A stretch of DNA of 64,000 bases from an uncultured Candidatus Saccharibacteria bacterium (GCA_964606285.1 CAZSFP010000003.1:20967-84966); one strand, 5' to 3'. Shown: positions 47,795-59,103, counted from the stretch's first letter. A program made the numbers and translations. The notes: generated by a model from the letters alone, not told the origin.

Positions 47795-49885
47795 ATGTCA
47801 TTCATTTCAGATTTTTTTTCAAAAAAGAAAACCCCTGCGCAAACCGATACGCACGCAGTACTGCCGGTGCTGCCGGCTGAAATTTATGAGCAGGCAACGC
47901 TCGAGCTTCAGGATGTCATCGCGCCATCAGCACTTGAAATCTCTCCGAAAAATTTGCACCTCGGCGACAAGATCGCTCGGACATTTTTCGTCATCGCATA
48001 TCCGCGCTTTTTGACCGACAACTGGTTCTCACCTATCATCAATCTCGACAAGATTTTTGATGTCTCTATTTTCATTCACCCGATTGAGACGAGTGAGATT
48101 CTCCATACATTTCAAAAAAAAGTCGCAGAAGTCCAGAGTCAGATCAATGTTCGTGAGAGTAAAGGTCTCGTTCGCGATCCGATGCTCGATACCGCGTATC
48201 GTGATCTCGAATCGCTCCGCGACAATCTCATGCAGGCGCAGGAGAAAATGTTTGAAGTCGGACTCTATATCACTATCTATGCCGACAATGACATAGAACT
48301 ATTCAAGGTTGAAACAGAAGTCAAAACAATTCTCGAATCACGCATGGTCTACATCAAGCCGGCGTTGTTCCAGCAAAAAGAAGGATTCATGAGTATGATT
48401 CCGACTGGCATGGACCTCATCAATGTCCACCAGAAACTCAACTCTGAACCACTCTCGTCTATTTTCCCATTCGTGTCATTTGACCTCACGAGTGAGAAGG
48501 GGATTCTCTATGGAGTAAATCGTCACAATTCGAGTCTTGTTATCTTTGACCGCTACTCACTCGAGAACTATAACTCTGTGCTCTTTGCAACATCTGGCGC
48601 AGGTAAGTCATTTGCGACAAAATTGGAAATTCTCCGAACACTCATGTTTGGTACGAGTGTTATTGTTATTGATCCAGAAAATGAATACAAATACCTTGCC
48701 GAAGCGGTTGGTGGACGCTATTTCAATATTTCACTTTCGTCCGATCACCATATCAATCCGTTCGATTTACCGATCCCACGCGAAGACGAAACTGCTGCTG
48801 ATGTCCTTCGTTCAAATACGATCAATCTCGTCGGACTTTTCCGTGTGATGTTGGGTGGGCTGACACCGGCAGAAGACTCAATCATCGATCAGGCGATTAC
48901 GGAAACCTATGCGATCAAAGATATCAGTCCCGAATCTGATTTTTCAAACATTGAGCCGCCACTATTGTCTGACTTTGAAATGGTACTTGCGGGCATGGAC
49001 GGTACCGAATCGATTATCGCTCGGCTCACTCGCTATACCAAGGGTACATGGGCACGATTCTTGAACCAAGCGTCGAACGTCAACATCGACAAAAACATGG
49101 TGGTTTTCTCTATTCGCGACATGGAAGACGAATTGAAACCAGTGGCGATGTATATCGTGACGCATTATATCTGGAATGAAATCCGCAAGAATTTGAAAAA
49201 GCGTCTCCTTGTTGTCGATGAGGCATGGATCATGATGAAAACTGAAGATACGGCGTCATTCCTCTTTGGTATTGCAAAGCGTGGCCGAAAATACTTTCTC
49301 GGTCTCGCGACGATCACACAGAACGTCGATGACTTTATGGGATCAAAATATGGTGTGGCTATCGTGACGAATGCGTCGATCGCACTGCTCCTCAAACAAT
49401 CTCCGAGTAATATTGCCTTGGTTCAAAAAACATTCAACCTGACAGATGAAGAAAAATATCTTCTCCTCGAATCTGGTGTTGGGGAAGGTATTTTCTTTGC
49501 CGGACTCAAACACGTTGCGATCAAAGTCATCGCTTCATATACTGAACAACAAATCATTACTTCAGATCCGTCACAACTCCTCGCGATCAAGGCCGCCAAG
49601 GATGAACTTGCGCAGTCTGAACAAGGTATAAATGAAGGATCACCGCTCAATGTTGGACAAGACATCATACAACAAGAGAAAGATGCACAAAAAATAGAAA
49701 CAACGTCAACACCTGTATCACCGGCACAAGAGCAATCACCAGAAGTTCAAGAAATTCCTGTAGAAAAAGAAACACCAGTAATTCCGGAAGTGCAATCTGG
49801 GGCAATCACGATAGATGATGATGCATCTGCTCGCTTGATCGAAGAATTACGCGCGCTTGAAAGTGATTTTGGTGGTAAGATATAA
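47795..49885 (+). CDS. VirB4/TraC-like conjugation-type ATPase
   Basis: ATSGAGKS, VIDPENEY, INPFD, VVDEAW, RGRKY. Confidence 0.9.
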   Translation: MSFISDFFSKKKTPAQTDTHAVLPVLPAEIYEQATLELQDVIAPSALEISPKNLHLGDKIARTFFVIAYPRFLTDNWFSPIINLDKIFDVSIFIHPIETSEILHTFQKKVAEVQSQINVRESKGLVRDPMLDTAYRDLESLRDNLMQAQEKMFEVGLYITIYADNDIELFKVETEVKTILESRMVYIKPALFQQKEGFMSMIPTGMDLINVHQKLNSEPLSSIFPFVSFDLTSEKGILYGVNRHNSSLVIFDRYSLENYNSVLFATSGAGKSFATKLEILRTLMFGTSVIVIDPENEYKYLAEAVGGRYFNISLSSDHHINPFDLPIPREDETAADVLRSNTINLVGLFRVMLGGLTPAEDSIIDQAITETYAIKDISPESDFSNIEPPLLSDFEMVLAGMDGTESIIARLTRYTKGTWARFLNQASNVNIDKNMVVFSIRDMEDELKPVAMYIVTHYIWNEIRKNLKKRLLVVDEAWIMMKTEDTASFLFGIAKRGRKYFLGLATITQNVDDFMGSKYGVAIVTNASIALLLKQSPSNIALVQKTFNLTDEEKYLLLESGVGEGIFFAGLKHVAIKVIASYTEQQIITSDPSQLLAIKAAKDELAQSEQGINEGSPLNVGQDIIQQEKDAQKIETTSTPVSPAQEQSPEVQEIPVEKETPVIPEVQSGAITIDDDASARLIEELRALESDFGGKI

Positions 49886-49893
49886 TTATTCAT

Positions 49894-50478
49894 ATGGATC
49901 CGATGCAATCACAAACAAATACATCATCTGATGTTCCGGCACAAACAGTACCCGCGGTGTTTGATCTTGATGCACCAATAACAAAAGTTTCTGAAACAAA
50001 ACCATCTGGTTCAATTGCGGATTATTTTTCTGCGCCAATAAAAAACCCTGCGGGACCGTCATCTGTGCCAACTTCAACCCCATCACCTGCATCAGACATT
50101 CCTGCTGTGGTGGATTCTATAGAATCGATCGAGAAGGATTTCAAAGCGGAAATTGGAAAAAACCCTGAACAGACGATCAATGGCGGTATAAAACCGAGCC
50201 GGGGAGTCTTTGAACTCGATATCGAACGACTCGATATGGTTATCGGCAGACTAACACAGACGATTGAATCACGCGAAGCAACTGTTCGTGGCAAAATGGC
50301 GACCTTGAAAGCACTTCGTACAGAGATAGAAAACGACATTGCAGGTATCAAGGGTCTTGAAAAAGAAAAATCTCTCGCGCTTGCTGACAAGAAAAAGATC
50401 ACTGATCTTCATACGCAGGAACTCGATATTGAGAAACATATTGATACGTATGAGAAAGACACAGAATCTATAGTATAA
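49894..50478 (+). CDS. Hypothetical coiled-coil protein
   Basis: 194-aa ORF in the operon. Confidence 0.65.
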   Translation: MDPMQSQTNTSSDVPAQTVPAVFDLDAPITKVSETKPSGSIADYFSAPIKNPAGPSSVPTSTPSPASDIPAVVDSIESIEKDFKAEIGKNPEQTINGGIKPSRGVFELDIERLDMVIGRLTQTIESREATVRGKMATLKALRTEIENDIAGIKGLEKEKSLALADKKKITDLHTQELDIEKHIDTYEKDTESIV

Positions 50479-50595
50479 AGGACTTAGTACGAGTACATAG
50501 TATTTTTAGTTTCATACTAAATACTTTGTACTTGTACTTCATACTCATTTTCTGTACACAGTAACTCCTTCTTTTTATTTTCTTGGCATTATATA

Positions 50596-51573
50596 ATGAG
50601 ATCAATGAAATATCTCTCGATTATCATACTTTCATGTGTTTGTTTTTTTGGTGTGACACATGGCGTTGCACATGCAGAACTTCGAGAAAATGACATTTCC
50701 GCTACAGTAACACCGGAAATTCCTGGTCCAAATGAAGACATTCAATTTCTCTTCTCTTCATTTTCTTTGGATATCAACCGAGTGATGTTTGTTTGGAAGG
50801 TTGACGGCAAGACAGAACTTTCTGGTATCGGCAAAACAAATTTTATGACAAAGTCCGGTCCTGTGGGATCAAAAAAAACGATCACCGTGACACTCAATTA
50901 CCAAGGCGACAGCTTGACCAAAACATTTGTCATCCAACCGACCTCACTCGATCTCCTTTGGGAGGCCGTTGATACGTATCGTCCACCGTTTTACAAAGGA
51001 AAAACACTTCCGGGATCGGAAGCAAAAATAAAAATTGTTGCTCAACCTGATATGAAAGGGGTGGCTGGCAAGCAGGTGAGTGCGAGTAATATGCTTTTTT
51101 TCTGGAAGCGGAACTATACGACTGCACAGGCGGCTTCGGGATATGCAAAAAACAGTTTCACATTCAAACATAATTATTTGAACAAAAATGAAATTGTGTC
51201 CGTCATCGGAACAGATTTCGAGTCAGGGAAGTCAGCAAGTGCAACTTTTTCACTCAAGCTTTCAAATCCAAAAATTCTTTTTTATGGTGTTACCAGTGAT
51301 CTCGGTATCTGGTTTAACAGTGCTTTGTCGAACAACCAGGCTCTTTCTTCTCTCGTAACACAGATTTTTGCTGCGCCGTACTCATTTGCACCACGTGAAG
51401 CAAAAAGTGGAGAATTTTCTTTTGCGTGGTCAATAAACGGCGTGTCTGCGACTGCTAATACTATTAGAAATATGATTACTGCTGGTTCTGGTGTTTCGTC
51501 AATCGGTTTGCGCATCGAAAGCAATCCGCGATTGTTTCAGACTGCTGAAAGCCGCATAAATTTCTCAAAATAA
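50596..51573 (+). CDS. Secreted Ig-like hypothetical protein
   Basis: Signal peptide; DLLWEA.TY.PPFYKGK.LP motif. Confidence 0.75.
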   Translation: MRSMKYLSIIILSCVCFFGVTHGVAHAELRENDISATVTPEIPGPNEDIQFLFSSFSLDINRVMFVWKVDGKTELSGIGKTNFMTKSGPVGSKKTITVTLNYQGDSLTKTFVIQPTSLDLLWEAVDTYRPPFYKGKTLPGSEAKIKIVAQPDMKGVAGKQVSASNMLFFWKRNYTTAQAASGYAKNSFTFKHNYLNKNEIVSVIGTDFESGKSASATFSLKLSNPKILFYGVTSDLGIWFNSALSNNQALSSLVTQIFAAPYSFAPREAKSGEFSFAWSINGVSATANTIRNMITAGSGVSSIGLRIESNPRLFQTAESRINFSK

Positions 51574-51574
51574 T

Positions 51575-53695
51575 ATGAAATATTTTTTCCTCTCACTTTG
51601 CATACTTCTCGGATCATTCTTTGTTTCATCTGAACAGGTTTTTGCTGTGATAAACCTCAATCCGGCAACAACAACGGTTAGTATGAGTATCAATTCACTC
51701 AATACTCAAAACGGAACTATTGGATTCAAGGCGCATGTCATGAATACGGGTATTATACCAAGCACACCAACGTACAGTGTTATCAATACTCTCAGTGTCA
51801 ATAATAGTGGGGTTGCGAGTACATCTTTTTCTGGTTTGGTTGCCGGTGGCTCGTATCTCGTTCAAATCAAATCATATCCTTTGTCTGATCCAACTGATTT
51901 GTCTCTTGATCAAGAAAAACCATTTCAAACACAAGCACAGTCTCCAACGTTAACATCTCTTTCTGTTACTAGTGGCAATCAAGGACAAGTAATGACCGTC
52001 AACATGACGGGAACAAATTTTGTAAACGGGGCGACAGCAAACTTTGGTGCCAATATCAGCAACACGATAACATTTGTCAGCCCAACTCTTTTGAAGGCAG
52101 ATATTATCATAGCGAACAATGCGAGTGCTGGACCAAGAAGCGTAACAGTCACGAGCGGGGGAAACACAACAGCGCCAAAAACATTTACTGTTGTAGCAAA
52201 TCAGGGGACGGCATTTTCTATCGTTGGTGCATCACCAGTTTTTACAGCAGAACCAAATGATCCCAGCTTGGCACATGTCACTATGACCGTGACATTCAAC
52301 GGTGATCCGATGTCTGCCCCAGCAGCAGGTATCACGCTCGTGACAAGTACTGACAATCCTGCGACAGTGAATACTGTATACAATGGACCTGTCACAGGAA
52401 GTGCACAAACAGTTACCGGTAACTCATATGCAGTTGAACTTTCAAACGTGCCACTCAATACGACATATTCATATATCATAAAGAATGCAACGACAGGCGC
52501 GACTATGTATGGCCCAAAGACATTTACTGCCAGCCTCAATACGACACCACCACCGACGGATGCATGTCCAAATGAACCTGGGGTGCAACCAACAGGACCG
52601 TGTAATAACATGGAAAATGATGTTTGTACCAATGAACCTGGGATTCAGCCACCAGGAACACAGTGTCAAACAGTGTTATATACACTTCTCGAGCCGATCA
52701 TGGGCGTGACGGCGATCAACACAGCATCTGACCTTGCGACATTTTTCAACTTTCTTTTTAAGATGCTCATCGGACTCTGTAGTTTGCTTGCGGTTATCAT
52801 GATTATCATCGGCGGTATCGAATATCTCACAACCGAAGCGTTCACAGGCAAGAGCAATGCTCGCGATCGCATCGAAAATGCCGTAACTGGTCTTGTGCTC
52901 CTTGCGGCAATTTATCTTATTCTCTATACGATCAACCCAAATTTGTTGCGATTGAATATCGATTTGAAGGCGATTGAAACGCATATAGATGGTGTCACTC
53001 TTTCTGATGTTCAGTTTATTTCTGACGCTCAGTTTTCTAGTATTACAGGACATAGTCCTATTGCACCTGCGGCATTGGAAGGAGTGATAAATTCAGTTGC
53101 TCAATCGTACAGTATTGATGCATGTGCGATAAAGGCGATTATTGAAAAAGAATCAAACTTTAGAGTTGGTGCAATAGGTCATGATGAAAATGCCGGTCTA
53201 TCAAATCCGGCTTCGCGAACGAAGAGTGCAAAAGCATTTGTTGCGTCGCTCAAAAAATATACCGGAACAGTATTTACAACAAGCACTATTCCCTCGAGAA
53301 ACGATGATGAAACAAATGATCACAATGTTCTCGATCCAAACAGCCCCGGACTCGGCCTTGATTGGCGTTTTAGTCATGGTATAGGTCTCATGCAGGTCAC
53401 ATTTTTTCCACCTGCATATCAAGTAGATGGTTATACGACAAATCCACCTGCGTGGAGTACGAGAAACACGCACCCAACAAGAAACGGGCAGACACCAAAA
53501 CAAATGATGACAGAAGCAACAAACATCTCAAATGGTGCGTTGATCTACAAGAATTTTTTAACAAGCGATGCTTGTGGCAATGATCCATTGAAAGCATTTT
53601 CTGCTTATAATGCAGGAACAGTCGGGTGTACGACACCGACAGCATATGGTCAGATAGTTTTTGCCAACTACACTGCCTGCATGAACGGACAATAA
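51575..53695 (+). CDS. IPT/TIG plus VirB2-like pilin plus lytic transglycosylase (SLT) fusion
   Basis: TGTNFV.GA; AVIMIIIGGI.Y....A..RI.NA..GL.......IL.TINP; AIIEKES, GIGLMQV, AYNAG. Confidence 0.8.
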   Translation: MKYFFLSLCILLGSFFVSSEQVFAVINLNPATTTVSMSINSLNTQNGTIGFKAHVMNTGIIPSTPTYSVINTLSVNNSGVASTSFSGLVAGGSYLVQIKSYPLSDPTDLSLDQEKPFQTQAQSPTLTSLSVTSGNQGQVMTVNMTGTNFVNGATANFGANISNTITFVSPTLLKADIIIANNASAGPRSVTVTSGGNTTAPKTFTVVANQGTAFSIVGASPVFTAEPNDPSLAHVTMTVTFNGDPMSAPAAGITLVTSTDNPATVNTVYNGPVTGSAQTVTGNSYAVELSNVPLNTTYSYIIKNATTGATMYGPKTFTASLNTTPPPTDACPNEPGVQPTGPCNNMENDVCTNEPGIQPPGTQCQTVLYTLLEPIMGVTAINTASDLATFFNFLFKMLIGLCSLLAVIMIIIGGIEYLTTEAFTGKSNARDRIENAVTGLVLLAAIYLILYTINPNLLRLNIDLKAIETHIDGVTLSDVQFISDAQFSSITGHSPIAPAALEGVINSVAQSYSIDACAIKAIIEKESNFRVGAIGHDENAGLSNPASRTKSAKAFVASLKKYTGTVFTTSTIPSRNDDETNDHNVLDPNSPGLGLDWRFSHGIGLMQVTFFPPAYQVDGYTTNPPAWSTRNTHPTRNGQTPKQMMTEATNISNGALIYKNFLTSDACGNDPLKAFSAYNAGTVGCTTPTAYGQIVFANYTACMNGQ

Positions 53696-53712
53696 TTGCT
53701 ATACTATTTACA

Positions 53713-55050
53713 ATGTCACGCATAGCTAAAATTTCCATCATTACGCTTATCGTCATCATCCTCGCTATTGGTGCAGTATTTCTTTTTGCAAAAATAAAAA
53801 ATCCGACAACACCGGTGACGACATCTGTTCGCAACCTGTTTCCATTTGGCACATCTTCAAATATTCCATCGACAGATGATAGTGGTACTGATGTAGTCGT
53901 TGTTCCTCCGTCAGAAACAGGTCCGTATGTCCCACCACGACTCCGCAAGATTACTGACTTTGCTGTTGCTGGACTCATTCCTCTTTCCAAAGAGCGTATT
54001 ATTCCACAACCTGTTACCACAGAAGGCACAGCATCGTTTCCTGTAACAACTCCTGCGCCTGCGACAGGGAAGAAACCAAAAACACCAGCAGTGCCAAAGG
54101 TTCCAACCGAAACAGTTACCACTGTTCGTTTCGTTGCCCGGTCAAATGCTGCTGTATATGAAAGCGATGTCGACAAAAAAGACCTTGAACGCTTGACGGT
54201 GACGTATATCCCGCGTATTTATGAAGCATATTTTGGCAATGCCGGTGACGACGTGATCCTTCGCTATTTGTCTGATGATTATCAAACGATCCAAACATAT
54301 CTTGCCCATATCCCAAAGCGTGCAGACCTCGCAATAAACAAAGATTTGACTGGCGAATTCTTGCCGGAAAATATCACAGACGTTGCGGTATCGCCTGATA
54401 TGAAAAAATATTTTTATCTTTTTTCTTCTGGAGAGACAACAAATGGTATCATGGGTACGTTTGGTGCATCAGCAAAATCACAAATTTTTTCTCACGGATT
54501 TTCTGAATGGTTGCCGACATGGACGAGTGCGGGAACGATTGTCCTCACGACAAAACCTTCCGCTACTGCACTTGGCTATGCATACGGTCTCGATATAGTA
54601 AAAAAAACATTGACCAAATACATGAACGCAACGCCAGGTGGCTACGCAGTCCTTTCGCCAAACGCAAAAACACTTCTCTATAGTGCGGCGGGAACAAGTG
54701 TCTCTCTCAATACAAAGCCAGTTGCAACATCCGGAGAACCAACGTCACTCGGGATTCAAACTCTTGCTGATAAATGTGTCTGGAACAGTACCTCGACTGC
54801 CATTTATTGTGCGGTGCCAACATCGCTCGCTGCAACGCTCCCTGACAGCTGGTATCAGGGAACTGTTTCTTTTTCTGATTTACTTTGGAAAATTGACACT
54901 GTGACTGGTGTTTCGACTCTTCTGGCAAATCCGGAAAAAGATGTTTCAGTTCCGATCGACATGACGAATCTCGCTCTTGATCCATCTGAATCGTATCTCT
55001 TTTTCATCAACAAAAAAGACGCGACCTTGTGGAGTTACTCACTCAAATAA
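53713..55050 (+). CDS. Membrane-anchored beta-propeller-like protein
   Basis: N-terminal TM; TLADKCVW, YCAVP, PDSWYQG..SFSD.LW. Confidence 0.7.
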   Translation: MSRIAKISIITLIVIILAIGAVFLFAKIKNPTTPVTTSVRNLFPFGTSSNIPSTDDSGTDVVVVPPSETGPYVPPRLRKITDFAVAGLIPLSKERIIPQPVTTEGTASFPVTTPAPATGKKPKTPAVPKVPTETVTTVRFVARSNAAVYESDVDKKDLERLTVTYIPRIYEAYFGNAGDDVILRYLSDDYQTIQTYLAHIPKRADLAINKDLTGEFLPENITDVAVSPDMKKYFYLFSSGETTNGIMGTFGASAKSQIFSHGFSEWLPTWTSAGTIVLTTKPSATALGYAYGLDIVKKTLTKYMNATPGGYAVLSPNAKTLLYSAAGTSVSLNTKPVATSGEPTSLGIQTLADKCVWNSTSTAIYCAVPTSLAATLPDSWYQGTVSFSDLLWKIDTVTGVSTLLANPEKDVSVPIDMTNLALDPSESYLFFINKKDATLWSYSLK

Positions 55051-55224
55051 TAGGTATTTGTAAGATGCTCATCTTTCGGGCGTCTTAGTATTTATGTTAT
55101 CCCCATGGTTATTGTTAAATATCTTCAGGGGGGGGTACAATTAGAGAATGGTGGGGAAAGTAAGCATTAGAGAAGTAATCAATACATCTCTCTTTAATTT
55201 ATAACATTTTTAAACAATATTTTC

Positions 55225-57282
55225 ATGAAAAAAATCATTTTAGGATTGACTGTGGTAACCGCAATCGTTTTGTTTCTCGGAGTTCATACAGCGAAAGCTC
55301 AAACGAGCACGACTGATACGACCTCTACTATTTCTATGATAGACATGCGTCCAGTTTCTTTTTTTGAAAGAATAAAACTTCGTTTTGTCTTTAAACAAGA
55401 AAAGAAAGTAGAAATACTCAAAGAATTTTCACAGAGAGATTTTGCAGCAGCTCAAAAGAAATTGAGTGAAGGGAAAGAAGCTGAAGCAACAGCACTTCTC
55501 AAGAAATCAGACGAACATCTCCTCCATGCCACTGAATCAGTCTCTCGTATCCGTGATGCAGTAAAACAACAGAAAGCTCTCGATACTATTTCTGCAACGG
55601 TATCTACTCGTACAACTGTTTTGTCAGAAGTAAAAGATAAGATACAGAACCCTGTTGCCAAGGAAGCGATTGAACGGGCTATTATTCGTCATGCAGATGA
55701 TGCAAATGCGGTAGACATGAAGATCAAAGAGAGAATTAATGATCTCAAAACGAAAGCAAAAAACAGTGATGATAGTAAAAAGAAAGAAAAGGATATCGAT
55801 GCAAAAGATCTTTCTGCGGCAGTAGCGTCAACAACACAAACTAAAAGTACAACTTCTTCCGGATATTGCAGTGGTGGAACAAGTGCCTCAATGATAAGTG
55901 TTGTAAAAAATACTGCATATCCAAATCAAACTGTCGTTCCAAATACGACACATTTCAAAATTGCTTCATATAAAGTAAAAAACAATTGTACAGAATCTAT
56001 AGTTCTCACTGGTCTTAATATTGGAGCAGGTATTGTTGGTACAAATAGTGCAAATTTTACAAATGTAGAAGCACGCATAAACGGAGTTCTCCAGGGAGTA
56101 CATCCAACACTTTATCCTTTTGCGATAAATTATGTAATTACCTCAATGCAGACTATTACTGTTGATTTCTATGCAAATATTGGTCCTGCAACGTCTGGAT
56201 CTATCCAGACAGGTATGTGGGTTTCTGGGACAGGACTATCTTCTGGTACGAGTTACTCATCAAATACAGCTTCAGGGCAGTTGATTACGATTGGTGCATC
56301 TTCAATTATTGCAACAGTCGATGCTTCAGCACCAGTCGCATCTATTGTTCATGACAACCAAACAATTCCTTCTGCCGCATTCAAATTTGCAGCGGTGAAT
56401 TCTGCTTACAATGTGACCGATCTCACATTGACCATTCCTCAGTCAGGAGCAACAGTGGCACAATCAGTTATGATCTACGATGGTTCAACCCTTATCGCAA
56501 CACAACCAGGGGCGACAACGATTAACTTCACTGGTCTTTCATGGAATGTTCCAGCAAACGCGACCAAGGTTCTTACAGTGAAGTTACAGCTCGGCGCTGT
56601 CGGTATTGGAGCAGGTTCAACTGGAGCAAAATTGCTGACAACATTGACGAACTTTACTGCAACGAATATGTCATCAGGTGTTTCAGCTGCCGGCACAGAG
56701 AATAATCCTGCAGGTAATTTAATATATGCCTATGCCGCAATACCGACAATTACAAATATGGAACTTGCTTCTAATAATCTCATTCCAGGATCACAAATGA
56801 TTTCTAAATTCACTATTTCTCCTACAGGAGGAAATATTGGCTGGAAGAAATTATCTTGGACAATCAGTCGTTCTATGGGGGGTGTAGACACTCTTTCAAC
56901 CCCGACACTGTGGGATGTTGATAGTAATACTCAGATTCCTGGTGTTGCTACATTTACTGGTTCTGTGAATACAGACAACGACATATCTGGAGGAATTACA
57001 TTTGTTGCCACAAACGAACAACAGCTTAGTGGTACAAAAATGTATGTTTTGAAAGTTATGACCGCATTTACACCAGCAACAGGAGATTACTTGAGTACAA
57101 GCATTCAACAGCCTTCAACGTACATGTCTTCTAATACATATCCAAATATTGGAGGAACATCAACTTCATTTGTTTGGTCTGATATTTCAGCGGCAAATCA
57201 TAATATATCTACTCTTGATTGGACTGGTAGTTATCTCGTGAGAAATCTTCCAACAAGCGCGCAAACTCTTTTCGTAAACTAA
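55225..57282 (+). CDS. Secreted S-layer/surface-like protein (helical N-domain, beta-rich C-region)
   Basis: 685 aa; signal peptide; T/S/A/N-rich. Confidence 0.7.
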   Translation: MKKIILGLTVVTAIVLFLGVHTAKAQTSTTDTTSTISMIDMRPVSFFERIKLRFVFKQEKKVEILKEFSQRDFAAAQKKLSEGKEAEATALLKKSDEHLLHATESVSRIRDAVKQQKALDTISATVSTRTTVLSEVKDKIQNPVAKEAIERAIIRHADDANAVDMKIKERINDLKTKAKNSDDSKKKEKDIDAKDLSAAVASTTQTKSTTSSGYCSGGTSASMISVVKNTAYPNQTVVPNTTHFKIASYKVKNNCTESIVLTGLNIGAGIVGTNSANFTNVEARINGVLQGVHPTLYPFAINYVITSMQTITVDFYANIGPATSGSIQTGMWVSGTGLSSGTSYSSNTASGQLITIGASSIIATVDASAPVASIVHDNQTIPSAAFKFAAVNSAYNVTDLTLTIPQSGATVAQSVMIYDGSTLIATQPGATTINFTGLSWNVPANATKVLTVKLQLGAVGIGAGSTGAKLLTTLTNFTATNMSSGVSAAGTENNPAGNLIYAYAAIPTITNMELASNNLIPGSQMISKFTISPTGGNIGWKKLSWTISRSMGGVDTLSTPTLWDVDSNTQIPGVATFTGSVNTDNDISGGITFVATNEQQLSGTKMYVLKVMTAFTPATGDYLSTSIQQPSTYMSSNTYPNIGGTSTSFVWSDISAANHNISTLDWTGSYLVRNLPTSAQTLFVN

Positions 57283-57289
57283 TACATAT

Positions 57290-58066
57290 ATGAACAATCA
57301 GAAATACATATATATCATTTTGGGGATTCTTGTTGCTACTATTGCAATCTTTGCAATAACCCAGTACAAAGCCCCATCAGATGACAGAACTGTTCTCCTA
57401 GGGCCGGATTATATTTCATACAATCAAAACAATACTCCACCAACACCAAGTGATGACCACGGATCACCTGCAGTATTCACTCAAGAATTGAAATACGGCA
57501 TGAAAGACAATGATCAAGTGACAAAGCTCCAAGTGTTCTTGATCGCCCACGGATATCTCAACGGAACACCAAATGGTGACTACTATAGTTACACACTTGC
57601 AGCAGTGAAGAAATTCCAATCTGCAAACGGTCTTCCGGTCACTGGTATTGTTGATGTACAGACGCGCGCAGCGCTCAATCGAGGAGAAGGCAATCAGTAT
57701 AGTGTTACCGAGAGTCCATGCGGTCTCAATGTCTCTCCGTATCAGGTTGTCTCATTTCCTTTGATGATCACTGGTGAATTTAACATTGGCCAGCAACAAC
57801 CAGGTGCTGTCTGCTCACTCGGACTCTTTGAAGGACAGGTTGGTGCAGTCAAAGTATATTCCTCAGCAGGGGCATACTTGAACCGCTGGGCAGCACTTAT
57901 GATCACGAACCCAAACTTTGATTATCAGCCGGGCACGTACAATTTTGCGGGGACATTGACATCTCCGAATGTTTCATCCGGCCAAACGGTCATCTTGCGA
58001 TTTGAAAAAGAAGATCCAAGTGGCGAACATCCATATCACTTTGATATTCCGGTGATTGTGGGGTAA
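57290..58066 (+). CDS. Membrane-anchored protein with peptidoglycan-binding domain
   Basis: LKYG....V..LQ.FL...GY......T.AAVKKFQ..NGL..TG.V...TRAALN. Confidence 0.8.
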   Translation: MNNQKYIYIILGILVATIAIFAITQYKAPSDDRTVLLGPDYISYNQNNTPPTPSDDHGSPAVFTQELKYGMKDNDQVTKLQVFLIAHGYLNGTPNGDYYSYTLAAVKKFQSANGLPVTGIVDVQTRAALNRGEGNQYSVTESPCGLNVSPYQVVSFPLMITGEFNIGQQQPGAVCSLGLFEGQVGAVKVYSSAGAYLNRWAALMITNPNFDYQPGTYNFAGTLTSPNVSSGQTVILRFEKEDPSGEHPYHFDIPVIVG

Positions 58067-58078
58067 AAAACAAATTAT

Positions 58079-58579
58079 ATGAAATCAAATACTATATATC
58101 TTATTGTTATCGGAATTCTCACGGCAATTATTGCAATACTTTTGGTTATGCAGTATTCGAAAAAGAATTTGTTGGTAACTGGAGGTATGTTACAAAACCA
58201 AGAATCTCAAACAAATACTGTAACAGATCAGAATACAAGTAATTGGAAAAAATCAGAAAAATTTGGTTTGTGGTATCCATCAGGCGCACATATAACAGAA
58301 AGTTATTATTTATCACCAGCGCAGCAATACAATAATGTCCCTGAAAATCAAGGACTTCCGTATGCAGAATTTCTAGATTTTCCGGGTAGTGATATGACTA
58401 TTATTTGGGGTGGTGCACAATCAGGATGTGGTGATGGAGATTATGATTTTCAATATGGTGTTTCTGAAATAACTTGTGTAAAAGGGATGAAGGCATATAT
58501 GGGAACACAAAATGTCCGACATGGTATTACGGCAAGTGACAAGAAATTTTTCGGTGACTTTGTTCTCAAAAATAAATAA
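58079..58579 (+). CDS. Membrane-anchored hypothetical protein (array member)
   Basis: Shared N-terminal anchor. Confidence 0.7.
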   Translation: MKSNTIYLIVIGILTAIIAILLVMQYSKKNLLVTGGMLQNQESQTNTVTDQNTSNWKKSEKFGLWYPSGAHITESYYLSPAQQYNNVPENQGLPYAEFLDFPGSDMTIIWGGAQSGCGDGDYDFQYGVSEITCVKGMKAYMGTQNVRHGITASDKKFFGDFVLKNK

Positions 58580-58588
58580 AATACATAT

Positions 58589-59092
58589 ATGAACAACAAA
58601 TATCTCTACATTGTTATTGGAATCTTGGTTGCAATTATCGCAATACTTCTCGTTGGGAAATATGTTCCACGGATGAATGAATCTAATTCTGATAATTCAG
58701 CAATGATTGGCGACACATCTCCATATGTAGATTCATATACTGACTCTGAAACAGGATTATCTTTCAGATATGTTCCAGGAGTAACTACTAAAAAAATAGG
58801 CGTTTCAGGTGATTTTGTGTTTGAATTGAGAAAAGGAGCTGAATATAACAGCATTACGGTATATCCAGACACCCCTTCTCATTTCAATGGATCCTGTTTC
58901 GATATGCAGCATCCTATCCGTGTGAGAAATAACACATTTTACATTTGTGATATAGAATCAGAAGCAGGAATGACAAGAATGTATTTACAAAAAAGAAACG
59001 ATGAAAAAATGGTTATCGTTTTTGGTGAAACATTAGGGAAAAATGAGACATTACTGGTAGACCTCGGATCAGTTATTGTTATTAATAATTAA
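58589..59092 (+). CDS. Membrane-anchored hypothetical protein (array member)
   Basis: MNNKYLYIVIGIL anchor. Confidence 0.7.
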   Translation: MNNKYLYIVIGILVAIIAILLVGKYVPRMNESNSDNSAMIGDTSPYVDSYTDSETGLSFRYVPGVTTKKIGVSGDFVFELRKGAEYNSITVYPDTPSHFNGSCFDMQHPIRVRNNTFYICDIESEAGMTRMYLQKRNDEKMVIVFGETLGKNETLLVDLGSVIVINN

Positions 59093-59103
59093 ATTGATAC
59101 TTT

